DNA of 64,000 nt from an uncultured delta proteobacterium (GTDB taxonomy: Bacteria; Desulfobacterota; Binatia; UBA9968), in contig CAVSHR010000005.1 in assembly GCA_963727625.1 (NCBI GenBank), forward strand, positions 288,001 to 352,000, in the 5' to 3' direction. Within the stretch, counting starts at the first letter, position 1; each line of letters opens with the position of its first letter. The notes below the pieces were generated by a model. It made no database searches, was not told the DNA's origin, and saw nothing but the letters and a program-made list of their open reading frames with translations. Positions 29,299 through 39,349 of this stretch are shown here, piece by piece. Made by a program: the position numbers and the translations under genes.

Positions 29299-30141
29299 CT
29301 AGTCTTTCTTCGGCGACCAGCCGTAAACTTTGGCGCAGGCACCGCCCATCAGCATCGCGCGCTCACTTTCGCTCAGGCGTTCGGTGAGACGGAAAGGCTC
29401 GACCGCCTGTTCGTAGTTGACGACCGCCAAGGCGCGGGTCCAATCGGTGCCCCACAAGCAGCGGTCGATGCCCCAGGCGTCGAACACGCGGGCGAGCGGG
29501 TCCCAGATGTCCGAGAAGGGATAGGGTTCCTTGGAAAGCGTGCAGGCGCCGCTGACCTTGATCACCGCGTTCGGGCGCTTGGCCAGCTCCAGCACCTTCG
29601 GCAGGTCTGACCACGGCTGCGGCGGCGCAGGGGGAGTGCGCGGCTGCAGGAGTGCCAGATGGTCGATGATGAATCGCGTCTCGGGATGGCGATCGATCAG
29701 CGCCGTGCCCGTTTCAACATTGCCCCAGCAGAGCATGTTGACCGGCAAATCGTGCCTAACCGCTGCGCGCAAGATACGGTCGAGCCCCGGATCGGTCGGA
29801 TCGCGCCCAGATTCTTTCGTCATCATGATGCGGATGCCGACCGCACCCTGCGTCCTTTTCCAGTCGGCGATGACGTCGGCCACTGCCGGATCGTCCGGAT
29901 CTACCGGTTTCACCAGCGCAAAACGGCCGGGGTGGGCGCGCTGCACTTCGACGGCATAGCTTGCATCGTAGCGGTACATGGTGAAAGCGGAGATGAAGAT
30001 CGCCCCGTGGACGCCAACCTTGTCCATCGCCCCCACCATCTCGTCGCCCGTTACGTGATCCGGCCAGTTCGGCACGCTGTGCCAGGGCCGGTTCGGCGTG
30101 TTTGCCTCGTAGACGTGGACTTGGGAATCTATTATCGCCAT
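29299..30141 (-). CDS. amidohydrolase_2 family protein (lactonase-like)
   Basis: IIDSQVH, IIDHL, IKVSG and WGTDW motifs. Confidence 0.9.
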   Translation of the reverse strand: MAIIDSQVHVYEANTPNRPWHSVPNWPDHVTGDEMVGAMDKVGVHGAIFISAFTMYRYDASYAVEVQRAHPGRFALVKPVDPDDPAVADVIADWKRTQGAVGIRIMMTKESGRDPTDPGLDRILRAAVRHDLPVNMLCWGNVETGTALIDRHPETRFIIDHLALLQPRTPPAPPQPWSDLPKVLELAKRPNAVIKVSGACTLSKEPYPFSDIWDPLARVFDAWGIDRCLWGTDWTRALAVVNYEQAVEPFRLTERLSESERAMLMGGACAKVYGWSPKKD

Positions 30142-30288
30142 CGGTGAAGCTCCGCTGCGCTCAGTGGGGTTTTAGCATTGCAACAAATCGTGGACGACTT
30201 CAAAGTCTTGGCCATAAGCTGTAACTTTCTCGAACTCAAAGTTTGTGCGACGTGATGAGATGGCGTCTTTACCTTTGACATTCCCAAA

Positions 30289-30612
30289 TTATGCCAGCAG
30301 GCTTCTATTCTCTTCGATACTCTTTCTCACCCTCTGCGGTAGCGCCTTCTCGGCGTTGCGCAGGTCGTAGGCCATTTGCAGGTTCATCCAGAATTCCGCC
30401 GAGGTTTTGAAAAAGGTTCCCAGCCGGATTGCCGTATCCCCTGTGATTCCCCGCTCATCCTTCAGTATCGCCGTGATGCGATTGGGCGGCACGCCGATCG
30501 CTTTCGCCAGCGCGTTTGCACTCAAACCCAACGGTTTCAAAAATTCTTCGCCGAGAACTTCACCGGGCGGCACCGGTCGCATCCCATTCTTTTTCATTTC
30601 ATCATACCTCAA
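30289..30612 (-). CDS. higA: HigA antitoxin (XRE HTH)
   Basis: PGEVL-x-EEFL-x-PLGLS...LA...R-x-ITGDTAIRL...F-x-TSAEFWMNLQ-x-x-YDL. Confidence 0.95.
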   Translation of the reverse strand: MRYDEMKKNGMRPVPPGEVLGEEFLKPLGLSANALAKAIGVPPNRITAILKDERGITGDTAIRLGTFFKTSAEFWMNLQMAYDLRNAEKALPQRVRKSIEENRSLLA

Positions 30613-30887
30613 TGATAATCCACGATTTCGACGTCATACGGACCGTCATCCTTCCAATTAAAACAGATCCGCCATTGATCATTGATCCGGATACTGTATT
30701 GCCCCGCTCTGTCTCCGGAGAGCTTTTCGAGCCTATTTCCGGGACTCGCGGCGAGGTCGCCGAGTCTCAGCGCACTATCCAGCATGACCAGCTTGCGCTC
30801 CGCCGCTTTCTTGAAGCCTGAAAACTGCCTGACATTCTCTCCGCCGAAGAAATCCTCCGTCTTGCGGTCCTTGAAGCTTCGGATCAT
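30609..30887 (-). CDS. higB: HigB toxin (RelE superfamily)
   Basis: MIRSFKD...PGNRLEKL-x-GDR-x-GQYSIRINDQWRICF...VEIVDYH; toxin-first gene order with 4-nt overlap. Confidence 0.96.
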   Translation of the reverse strand: MIRSFKDRKTEDFFGGENVRQFSGFKKAAERKLVMLDSALRLGDLAASPGNRLEKLSGDRAGQYSIRINDQWRICFNWKDDGPYDVEIVDYH

Positions 30888-30907
30888 CTCCTGAAACGTT
30901 ACCAGAG

Positions 30908-30924
30908 TTTACGGGTTACGTAAA
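30908..30924. promoter_or_regulatory. putative HigA operator palindrome
   Basis: TTTACG-N5-CGTAAA about 20 nt upstream of the higB start. Confidence 0.5.
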
Positions 30925-31114
30925 ACAACACGCCTCGGGGATCATTTCCGATAGCGGATCGAACACTGGGGTTTCGGTAGACGCGCCGGCGGGCGCCGAC
31001 ATTCGACCTTTCTTGCCGTCGGCCGCGCCGTGCTGCTATGGTGACGCTCGTCTACAAGAAATCTTGAGTTGTCTCTCCACTAAACCTAAAAACCGACACA
31101 AATCGATCAACCTT

Positions 31115-31516
31115 ATGCTCGACGCCGTCATCGCCGTGATTATGAAGGGAGAAAAGGTTCTGTTCATCCAAAGGGCGCCGAACATTCGGGGCGGCGGGCA
31201 TTGGGCGCCGGTGAGCGGTGAAGTGGAGGCCGGCGAGAGCCAGGCAGCGGCCGTGGCACGCGAGGCGATGGAAGAAGTGGGCTTGACGGTGCGGCCGATG
31301 CAAAAGGTTTGGGAGAACGTCTCGACGCGGGGCACTTTTAAACTGCACTGGTGGATGGCGGAGTACGTGGGCGGCGAATTGACGCTCAACCCTGCCGAAG
31401 TGAGCGATGCACGATGGCTCACGGTCGACGAGATTTGCCGCATGGACGGCACGTTCGAAGGCGACCGGGAATTTTATCTGAATATTATTCCTGCGCTCGT
31501 TCCCGCAAATAAGTAA
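31115..31516 (+). CDS. NUDIX hydrolase
   Basis: Nudix box GEVEAGESQAAAVAREAMEEVGL. Confidence 0.92.
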   Translation: MLDAVIAVIMKGEKVLFIQRAPNIRGGGHWAPVSGEVEAGESQAAAVAREAMEEVGLTVRPMQKVWENVSTRGTFKLHWWMAEYVGGELTLNPAEVSDARWLTVDEICRMDGTFEGDREFYLNIIPALVPANK

Positions 31517-31544
31517 TCGCGGCAGATCAGCGGCGCCGGCTCAA

Positions 31545-32165
31545 TTAATCTCTTCGCAAGCTCGGATCGGCGAGCGTGGTGTCCTGACCGGGCGGGGCGT
31601 GGTCGACAGCTTCTTCGAGAGTATGTTTCGGCATCCACTCTTCGGGCGGGCGCGCTTCGCCTTCCCAATTCACTTTGTCGAGTCCCCAGAATATTTCGAG
31701 GGCGTGGCCGTCGGGATCGCGAAACTCAACCGACACCTGAGAGCCGGCGCGTCGCCGGCCGTGAAAATCGATCGTCACGCCGTTTTTCTCGAGATGATCC
31801 CGGGCGCGAAATACCTCGTCGATGGTCGGGACTTCGAAAGCGATATGATGCAATTCACGCTGCCTGGAGATCTCTCCGCCCTGGCCCACCAGACCGAGGC
31901 CGTGATGGTCGTCGTTGAAACGCATAAAAACCATCCGGCCTTTGACCATGCTGTCGGGATACACGTCCGAGACCTTGAAGCCCAGCACCTGCGTGTAGAA
32001 TCTCACCGAGGCGTCGATGTCGCGCACGACCAGCACGGCATGTCCCATTTTGCCGATCTTGAAAGGCATGTCGGCCGGCGGCTGAACTTTTTTCAATGCT
32101 TCAATTTCGGGATCGTGCAACCCGTCCAAATCGACCTTGCTCAAATCAATCGTGCGTTTTTCCAT
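31545..32165 (-). CDS. VOC family protein (single-domain extradiol dioxygenase/glyoxalase-like)
   Basis: GHAVL, FYTQVLGF, HH, HHIAF and FRDPDGHALE motifs. Confidence 0.88.
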   Translation of the reverse strand: MEKRTIDLSKVDLDGLHDPEIEALKKVQPPADMPFKIGKMGHAVLVVRDIDASVRFYTQVLGFKVSDVYPDSMVKGRMVFMRFNDDHHGLGLVGQGGEISRQRELHHIAFEVPTIDEVFRARDHLEKNGVTIDFHGRRRAGSQVSVEFRDPDGHALEIFWGLDKVNWEGEARPPEEWMPKHTLEEAVDHAPPGQDTTLADPSLRRD

Positions 32166-32242
32166 TTCGCTTTCTCCTTGAGTCGATCTTGATCAATTCC
32201 CTAAGTGACCTCGGCGCAGTCATCTTTCCCGAGGCTCGGCGT

Positions 32243-32791
32243 TCAACGCTTGAGGGGCAACGGCGCGTCCGCCGGCGCTTCGGCGCCGACGACATTCGCC
32301 ATCATTGCCGTGGTCGTAAAATGGCCGATGACGCCGACCACGTCGGCAAGGCGCTTATAGCCGAGCGTCGATTCAGCAGCCTTAAAGCTGTCATCATTCA
32401 GCGACCCGGTCGCGAGCAGCTCCCGCGCCACCGCATGCACCATCTCATCGGCGCGGTCCGTGAATTTCGGCTGCTCCCTCGCGTTGATCGCCTCGAGCAC
32501 GGTCCGCTCGACGCCTGCGGCCAACGCTGGCGCGGCTTGCGCGTTCCAGGGGTAAGCGGCGTTCCACTGTCGCGCCGTCATCAGCGAGACGATCCGGACC
32601 TGCGCCTGGGTCAAGGAACAATCGAGCAGATGCGCGCTCGATGCGTTGTGAACCCGCCAGAGGCCCGGCGAATACGAATAGCCGACCGATGGTCCTTTGC
32701 CGACCCGCCCCGTCGTCGCCACGGTCTCGTCATAAACCTTCTGCTGTTCCGCGTCCATTTCGTCTCGGCTCAACGCCCGTATTCTCGGCAT
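32243..32791 (-). CDS. carboxymuconolactone decarboxylase / AhpD-like protein
   Basis: MPRI...GP...SP...L-x-TARQW-x-A-x-Y-x-W...ALAAGV...AREL pattern. Confidence 0.8.
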   Translation of the reverse strand: MPRIRALSRDEMDAEQQKVYDETVATTGRVGKGPSVGYSYSPGLWRVHNASSAHLLDCSLTQAQVRIVSLMTARQWNAAYPWNAQAAPALAAGVERTVLEAINAREQPKFTDRADEMVHAVARELLATGSLNDDSFKAAESTLGYKRLADVVGVIGHFTTTAMMANVVGAEAPADAPLPLKR

Positions 32792-32972
32792 GTTTCAACT
32801 CCTCATTGCTAATTGGCCAGCGCCGGCACGCCCGCACCGCCGCACACTGCTGACATCAGAAAACCAATTGCGCCAGACTTGCCTAAGTCTACTAACTCTT
32901 CTGCAATGCCCTGCAAGCCTAACTCAAACACGACGATCTTTTCTGAACCGCAAATTTCCTGAAGCGCGGGTC

Positions 32973-33287
32973 CTAATCTTCAAACATTGAGCTATCCAAG
33001 AGCCTGGCGCCTTGGATGACTCTGATCACGTAGATTGTGTTTTTCGCGATGCGAAATACGGTTCGGTAATTCCCGTAGAGCAGGTGGCGATAGCGGGTTC
33101 CGAGTATTTCGTTTTCCGGAATAAGCGGGCACCTTTCCGGGAACCTCTCCAAGGTTTCAATTTGTTCTTCCAGTCGACGGGTGAATTTGCCGGCTGCTTC
33201 AGTGCTGTCGTCGGAGATAAAGTTCCAGATTTCTTCGATATCTCGTTCTGCCGCGCGCGTAATTCTAACGCGAAACTTTGCGGGCAT
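32973..33287 (-). CDS. RelE/ParE family toxin
   Basis: V-x-IT-x-x-AERDIEEI...L-x-x-FPERCP...R...YR-x-VF...V-x-RV pattern. Confidence 0.9.
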   Translation of the reverse strand: MPAKFRVRITRAAERDIEEIWNFISDDSTEAAGKFTRRLEEQIETLERFPERCPLIPENEILGTRYRHLLYGNYRTVFRIAKNTIYVIRVIQGARLLDSSMFED

Positions 33288-33549
33288 GTTTAAATTCTTT
33301 GAGGAAAGCACGCATGGGTCGCGTGCGTCCGGCCGTGAGGTCTTCTTCCCCGCGTGCGAGAAGCCTTGCCATGTTGGCCGCTTTCAAGTGCTTCTCATAA
33401 GTTTTCGTGTCCATGAGCACCGCGTCGGCTTTCCCGTTGACCGTGAGCACCACAGGTCTTTTGGTACGATGAACCTGGCTAATAATCTGCTTCGTGTTGC
33501 GCTTGAGATCGGTAACCGAGCAAATATCTTCGGAAGGAGTCAGAGACAT
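33265..33549 (-). CDS. Phd/YefM family antitoxin
   Basis: SVTDLKR...PVVLTVNGKADAVLM; overlaps the toxin start. Confidence 0.92.
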   Translation of the reverse strand: MSLTPSEDICSVTDLKRNTKQIISQVHRTKRPVVLTVNGKADAVLMDTKTYEKHLKAANMARLLARGEEDLTAGRTRPMRAFLKEFKHARKVSR

Positions 33550-33797
33550 TGGCGATCCCCCTTATTGGGCAATCAATGCCCGCACGAAATATAGCACCCC
33601 ATTCGATGCGCAACAATCTATCGTGACGTTAAGAGAATCGTGAATCTTGACAGTCACTAGATCAATCCCGGCTCAAGCATAACGACTAGGCGCGCTAATT
33701 GCCGTCGTCAACGTTCTGATATCCACCCTCTCCAGCCCGAGAAACCAACTGAACAGTGCGTTCTGTTCGGAAAACGCCGTGGGGTGATCCGTATGAT

Positions 33798-34319
33798 TCA
33801 TTGCTTCCGAAGTGCGCCAATGGCCTCCGCGAGAGTAATCATCAGCGTCAGAGGATTGATCGGCGAAACCGTAAACCCGCACCCTTCATAAAACCGCTTC
33901 GCATTCTCAGAGAGCGCATGAACCAGGATGGCTCGAACACCGATAATATCCGCGGCTTGCAAGATTCGCAGGATGGCGTCCCGCAGCAACGCACGCCCGA
34001 GCCCCTGGCCTTGATAATCCTGATCGACCGCGAGTCGGCCCAGAACAACCACAGGCACCGGATCCGGCGCATTGCGTCTTACGCGACCCGGCGCCGTTTC
34101 CCTCGCCACCGAGCCGGCTGCCAGGCTGTAGTAAGCGGCGACTCGCGTCTTATGGAGCACGACGTAGGTGCTCGATGCGGCGTTTTGCTGATTTTGCAGT
34201 GCGCGCCGGCGTAGCCAATCATTCAATACCGGCTCGCCACAATTGAATTTCGAGAGATCGTGCTCCGGTTGGAGTTTCTCCGGAGCGTTTTTGATCTCTG
34301 TGAGACTTATCGATTCCAC
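33798..34319 (-). CDS. GNAT-family toxin (AtaT/TacT-like)
   Basis: F-x-CG...LNDWL, P-x-PVVVLGRLAVD...GQGLG, VHAL...A-x-x-FY-x-x-x-GF motifs. Confidence 0.93.
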   Translation of the reverse strand: MESISLTEIKNAPEKLQPEHDLSKFNCGEPVLNDWLRRRALQNQQNAASSTYVVLHKTRVAAYYSLAAGSVARETAPGRVRRNAPDPVPVVVLGRLAVDQDYQGQGLGRALLRDAILRILQAADIIGVRAILVHALSENAKRFYEGCGFTVSPINPLTLMITLAEAIGALRKQ

Positions 34320-34594
34320 GGAGCCGCGGACCGAAGCAGCTGTCGAAGCTTGGGATTATCTTTCGGAGACTTATCGAGCGCCGCCATGAACCGTTTAAAC
34401 TTGTCTTCAGGGAGCGAAAAGTGAGTCTGGTCCACGAGCAATGCCAAGGCCTCCCGACACGCGGCCTCCAGCATGAAATCCGACCTCGTCCTATCGAGCA
34501 ACTCCGCGGCTTGGTCGATCAATTCTTTCTGCCGCCGGCTCGCCCGCAGGTTAATGATCTCGTTTCGTGCTTGTGTCTCGGCCATGGCTGTCAC
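34307..34594 (-). CDS. DUF1778 (RHH) antitoxin
   Basis: INLRAS...LIDQAA...RSDFMLEAA...LD-x-x-P-x-x-NP-x-L...APW. Confidence 0.93.
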   Translation of the reverse strand: MTAMAETQARNEIINLRASRRQKELIDQAAELLDRTRSDFMLEAACREALALLVDQTHFSLPEDKFKRFMAALDKSPKDNPKLRQLLRSAAPWNR

Positions 34595-34640
34595 CTATGC
34601 GCTACGCCTAGAGCCCTTCGCTCGTAGTGAATGTAGCAAA

Positions 34641-34654
34641 GTTGTCTATACAAC
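34641..34654. promoter_or_regulatory. putative operator palindrome of the DUF1778-GNAT module
   Basis: GTTGT-CTAT-ACAAC about 47 nt upstream of the antitoxin start. Confidence 0.45.
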
Positions 34655-34691
34655 GTCAATACAAACAACCCTGGCGGCTTGGGATGTCTTT

Positions 34692-36087
34692 TCAATGTTT
34701 CACGGGAGACCCGAGAGCCGCCGTCAGCGTTCCGATATCTGCCATACTCTCTAAGCCCAAAACCAAGCCTACACTACGTTCCATATCGTCCGGGCCTAGC
34801 TGGCTGCGCACACAGTCCCGGTACTTAGAAATCAGCTCGTTGTCGGTCAGCGATTGAGCGGGGTCGCCTCGCGGTATGTCCACGCGGGCGCTGTAGCTCT
34901 GTCCGTCGGTGGTCTTGATCGTCACCGGATTGCCGACGAACTCGGTGTCCGGGCCGACGTCGGCGAGGCCGGGCCAGATGGGGACGTCGGGGAATGAAAG
35001 GTGAACTTTTTTTCGGGTCGCTATGATTTTCGGATCTTCGAACTTGCGCGGCGTGAAAGTTTCGAGCGTGACCTGGCGGTCCACCACCGCGGCAGCGATG
35101 CAGTAAGGCATGCTGAATTTCGCCTGGTACGGCGTCGCCGGCTCGGTGAAGGCGAGCACGCGCATGGCGCGCTCTGGAGTTCCGACATCGACTTCGGCGA
35201 TGTCCTTCGTCGCTTAGTCAGTGCTCGCGCAGCAGTTGGAAACACTCCGTCCAGCGCCCGGTGCGGTGTGATAGCAGCTCGGATATTTCTTGAGGCCGAT
35301 ACCCGGCGACTCGAGTGTAGAACGGTTTGCCGAGACTATCCGCCATGCGCTCGGCGTCGTAGTGGTCCCGGCCCACCAGCGTGTCGTAAAAACCGTTCTT
35401 GGTCTCGATGATGTTGATGTTGGCCGTGACTCCGGCTTGTGCCATGAGCGCGGCGGTCACACCGTTGCGGCAGGCGTTGCCCGCCGCCATGGCGCCGGCC
35501 ATGCTGCCGTGATTCGCCGACAGGCCGCCGGCGAAGTTGGCGGCGATTCCCAGCGCCGCTCTCGTCTTGTCGACATCCAGCTTGAGCAGCTTGGCGCAGG
35601 CGGCTGCCGCGCCGATGGAGCCGTACCAGGTCTGGTGATTCAGGCGTGCCTGCATGAGCTTGAAGTCGGCGTGGAGCGCCAGCTTGCCTTCAACCTCCAG
35701 TCCCAGGACGTAGGCGGTGAGCACGTCGCGGCCCGAAGCTCCGAGATGCTCGCCGAGGCTAAGCACCGCGGGCAGAACCAATACACTCGGGTGGCCGATC
35801 TTCACGCCGCAGTCGTCGTAGTCCAAGGCGTGAGCAATACAACCGTTGGCCAGGGCCGCGTCTTGAACCGAAACTTTGACACCCGCGCCGAATACGGACG
35901 CCTGAGCCGGACCGCCGAGCTTGATGATGTAACCCGTGATGGTTTGACTGACCGGCTCGGTAACGCCGGCCAGCGCCGCACCCATGCAATCGAGCGCCGT
36001 GCGCTTGGCTTTTTCGACAACGTCGTACGGAATGCCTTCGTAGCCGGTATCCACGATGAACCGGGTAATTTTCTCAGTGGCACCCAT
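34692..36087 (-). pseudogene. MmgE/PrpD family protein interrupted by several single-base insertions (about 35200-35320)
   Basis: ALANG-x-x-AHALDYDD and HPS in the N-terminal ORF; AKFSMPY and RGDP in the C-terminal ORF. KKYPSCYHT/HRALD is readable across the frame changes. Confidence 0.85.
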
Positions 36088-36120
36088 TCTTCACCTCATC
36101 GAGAACGGCGTTAATAAGCA

Positions 36121-36144
36121 AAGGGCGGGTTTCAAACCCGCCCT
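36121..36144. repeat. REP-like palindrome
   Basis: AGGGCGGGTTT-C-AAACCCGCCCT perfect inverted repeat between co-oriented genes. Confidence 0.75.
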
Positions 36145-36247
36145 CGCCCAATACTCTCTTAGTGCTTTTTGCGATTCAATTTCCGAACCGGAAAACCTTG
36201 AACCTTTGAACCCTGGAACTTTTGAACGACGCGCGCAGCGCGTCTGG

Positions 36248-37963
36248 TTACGCCGCCGCCTGCAGCGAATGACCGTTGCCGCCGCCGAGCACGGCGCCGG
36301 GGAGCGCGCCGGTGTGGCTGTCCTTTTCCACCAGCACCTGGCCGTTGACGATGGTCATTTCGATGCCGGTCGCTTTCTGGATGAAGCGTCTCTCGTTGCC
36401 GGGCAGGTCCTGCACCATCTCGGCGTCGCCCTCGCGGACGGTCGCCGGATCGAAGACGCAAATGTCCGCTGCCATGCCGCGGCGCAACAGGCCGCGATTC
36501 GGCAGGCCGAAAATCGACGCGACCATGAAAGTCAATTTGCGCACGCCCTCTTCCAAGCTCATGACGTTTTTCTCGCGGATCCAGTAGCCGAGCAAGCGGG
36601 TCGCGTAGCCGAAGCCGGCGTCGTAAATCAAATGGGCGCCGGCGTCGGACTGGCCCACCAGCACGTAGGGGCTGCGGATGATCTCCGCCACTGCCTCTTC
36701 GTCGCCGTTGGTGCTGGAAGTCTGGAACTCGGTGTCCAATCCCTCTTCGAGCGACAGATCAAGAAACGCGTCGATGACGTCCTGGTTTCTAATCTTGGCG
36801 ATTTCCGCCACGCTTTTCTTTTCCAGGTGCTTGTTTTCCGGTTTGACCGCGTTGATCAAATAAACCAGATCCCAGCGCCGCGAGAAGCGCGACGACTTCT
36901 TTTCTTCCACCGCCTCGTAGCGCATCTTCTTGCGCGTCTCCGGATCTTTGAGGGCTTCAAAGCGCGCTTCCAGCGGCAAGAAAAGCACCGTCTTCCAGGT
37001 CGGCAGATCGTCGAACACCTGGGCGTTTTTCATGGTCAGCCGGTTGTTGAACAGGCGGGCATTGCACAGCGGATAAGACTGCACGCCGCGGTCGATGGTC
37101 TCTTTGGCCGCATGCAACAGCACTTTCCATTCATTGGGCTTGTCCCAACGGTGCGCGATGCTCTGCCAGATCACCGGCCGCCCCGAGCGAGAGGAAATCT
37201 CTTCGAACAGCTTCAAGCTCTCCGGTATCGGCACCGATACCCCCAGGGAGCCGCGCGAGATCTGAATCGCGCCCTGATTGATTTCGCCCAGCGCGCAGGC
37301 GAGCTCGATGATCTCGTCGTCGGTGGCGAAGCGGCTTTGGATCGGCGTGCCGTCGGCGTACATGTGCACGGGATTCTGATTGGTCGAAAAACCTGCGGCG
37401 CCCGCGCGCACGCTGGCTTTCAATACTTCTTTCATCTGGTGGATTTCCGCCGGCGTCGCGGCACGCTCGATGGAAGCATCGCCCATGACGAACTGGCGCA
37501 GCGCGCAGTGGCCCACCAACGACGCGACGTTGACGCCGAGATGGCCGCGCATGGCGTCGAGATATTGGCCGAAGGTGGTAAAGCCCCAGGGCACGCCGGC
37601 CTTCAAAGCGGGAAAGGTGATAGCTTCGACGCGCTCGAAACTTCTTAGGATCGTGTCGCGATCCGGCTCCTTGCACGGCGCCAGCGACAAGCCGCAATTG
37701 CCGGGGATAACCGTGGTCACGCCGTGATAGCAGGAGGAAGTCGCCAGCGGGTCCCACAAGAGCTGGGCGTCGAGATGAGTGTGAAAGTCGATGAAGCCCG
37801 GCGAAACGGCAAGCCCGTCGGCGTTGACGGTGCGCTTGGCGCTGCCGCTGATGCGGCCGGTTTCGACGATGCAACCATCCTGCACCGCCACGTCGCCGAG
37901 ATAAGACGGCAGCCCGCTGCCGTCGTAGATTCGCCCGCCCTTGATCAAAATGTCATAAGCCAT
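36248..37963 (-). CDS. N-acyl-D-amino-acid deacylase-like amidohydrolase_3
   Basis: IKGGRIYDGSG, PGFIDFHTHLD, GVTTV-x-x-GNCG and SDAGAH motifs. Confidence 0.92.
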   Translation of the reverse strand: MAYDILIKGGRIYDGSGLPSYLGDVAVQDGCIVETGRISGSAKRTVNADGLAVSPGFIDFHTHLDAQLLWDPLATSSCYHGVTTVIPGNCGLSLAPCKEPDRDTILRSFERVEAITFPALKAGVPWGFTTFGQYLDAMRGHLGVNVASLVGHCALRQFVMGDASIERAATPAEIHQMKEVLKASVRAGAAGFSTNQNPVHMYADGTPIQSRFATDDEIIELACALGEINQGAIQISRGSLGVSVPIPESLKLFEEISSRSGRPVIWQSIAHRWDKPNEWKVLLHAAKETIDRGVQSYPLCNARLFNNRLTMKNAQVFDDLPTWKTVLFLPLEARFEALKDPETRKKMRYEAVEEKKSSRFSRRWDLVYLINAVKPENKHLEKKSVAEIAKIRNQDVIDAFLDLSLEEGLDTEFQTSSTNGDEEAVAEIIRSPYVLVGQSDAGAHLIYDAGFGYATRLLGYWIREKNVMSLEEGVRKLTFMVASIFGLPNRGLLRRGMAADICVFDPATVREGDAEMVQDLPGNERRFIQKATGIEMTIVNGQVLVEKDSHTGALPGAVLGGGNGHSLQAAA

Positions 37964-38109
37964 TGGAGATCCCCCTTAACCATCGGACTTTTGCCGAGCT
38001 TACCCGCAGCCCCGACAGTCTGTCAAACCGAATCAGCCTATCTATCGACGGAAACGGCTCGCCGCGTCGCCCAGCGCGGCGAAGCCGCAACCGAATCTCG
38101 GAGTATTTC

Positions 38110-38354
38110 TCGCAAAGACGCAAAGGGCGCAAAGCTAAGAAATTACAGGCAAGGTCATTCGTAAGCGTATTCGTCTTTTCCTCGTAAACTTGGCGACTTT
38201 GCGCCTTGGCGGGAAAAAAATCCGAATCGAAAACGTCTCATGGGTAGGAAAATTTGCGCGAGCCGCGAAAATTTCGAAGTATAGTAGTACGAAGCGCACC
38301 AAGTAGAATGCATTTTAATATCCGAAGCCTTCGTGATTTTCGTAATCTTTGTGA
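38110..38354. repeat. intergenic inverted 9-mer tandem arrays
   Basis: cgcaaagacgcaaagggcgcaaag ... cttggcgactttgcgccttggcg, and cttcgtgattttcgtaatctttgtg. Confidence 0.7.
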
Positions 38355-38395
38355 TGAGATGCCTGTATCTATTTTGGGTTCGGCTCCAGCGGGGC

Positions 38396-39223
38396 TTACA
38401 GCCCCCGCTCGGATTCCTTCCACGGCGCGAGCTTTTTCTGCAGCTTTTGGACGACACTGCTGAGCGCCACGCCGAGCAGCGCCAGCAAGATCACCGGAAC
38501 AAAAAATTTATCCGTCGCCAGGGCGCTCGAGTAGCGCACCAGGAGCGCGCCCATGCCGGTCACCGCGGTAAACATCTCCGCGGTGATGATGCCGATCAGC
38601 GCCCGTCCCACCGCGAGCCGGACGCCGGTCATGATAAACGGCAAGGCGGCCGGAAGGATCACCTTGGTGAAGAGCGTGCGCTCGCCGGCGCCGTAGGCGC
38701 GCCCGACTTCGACGAGTTGGGCGCTCACCGTGCGCACGCCGCTGAAAGTATTCATCAGCACCGGGAACAGACCGCTCAAAAACACGATGGCGATCTTCGA
38801 TGACGCGCCAAGGCCGAACCAGAGCAGCAGGATCGGGATCAGCGCCACCCGCGGCGTGGCGTCCAGGGCGTAGACGTAGGGATCGAGCAGATACTCGGCG
38901 AGCCGGTAGCGGCCCATAAGCAGACCCACCGCAATGCCGAGCACCAGCGCGCCGCTCAGCCCGATAACGAACACTTGCAAGCTGCCCAGCGCGGCGCGCT
39001 GGAATTCATGGGTGACTACAATTTGCAGAAATGCCCGCCCGATGGCGCTCGGATAGGAAAGAAACAGCGGATTGACCTGGCGGCCGAAGATTTCCCAGCA
39101 CCCGATCAAAAGCACGACAGAAGCCAAGCGCACCAGCGACAGACGCTCGCTCAGCTTGAACGACCGGGTCTGCGGCAGATCGAGCTCGACTACGGCCTGC
39201 TGTTCCAGAGCATTGAGCGCCAT
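38396..39223 (-). CDS. NitT/TauT-family ABC permease
   Basis: P-x-VALIP...WFGLG, EAA loop and V-x-LPAALP...AEM motifs. Confidence 0.93.
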   Translation of the reverse strand: MALNALEQQAVVELDLPQTRSFKLSERLSLVRLASVVLLIGCWEIFGRQVNPLFLSYPSAIGRAFLQIVVTHEFQRAALGSLQVFVIGLSGALVLGIAVGLLMGRYRLAEYLLDPYVYALDATPRVALIPILLLWFGLGASSKIAIVFLSGLFPVLMNTFSGVRTVSAQLVEVGRAYGAGERTLFTKVILPAALPFIMTGVRLAVGRALIGIITAEMFTAVTGMGALLVRYSSALATDKFFVPVILLALLGVALSSVVQKLQKKLAPWKESERGL

Positions 39224-39349
39224 GCTTCCTCGTTACCGGAGCGGGCCGGAGAAATCTGTCGGGACGCGCGTCTGTCGACAGCCAATCCCATTCCGGACTT
39301 GAACGTTGAACCTTGAACCTTGAACATGAACCCTTCCGGCTGGCCGGGC

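Noticed and set aside
21920-34594. TA-rich region considered as an integron cassette array or prophage
   Set aside because: Mixed gene orientations, no regular attC sites, and no integrase or phage genes.
39297-39331. Short tandem arrays considered as a CRISPR array
   Set aside because: Units are 6-9 bp with no unique spacers, and there are no cas genes.
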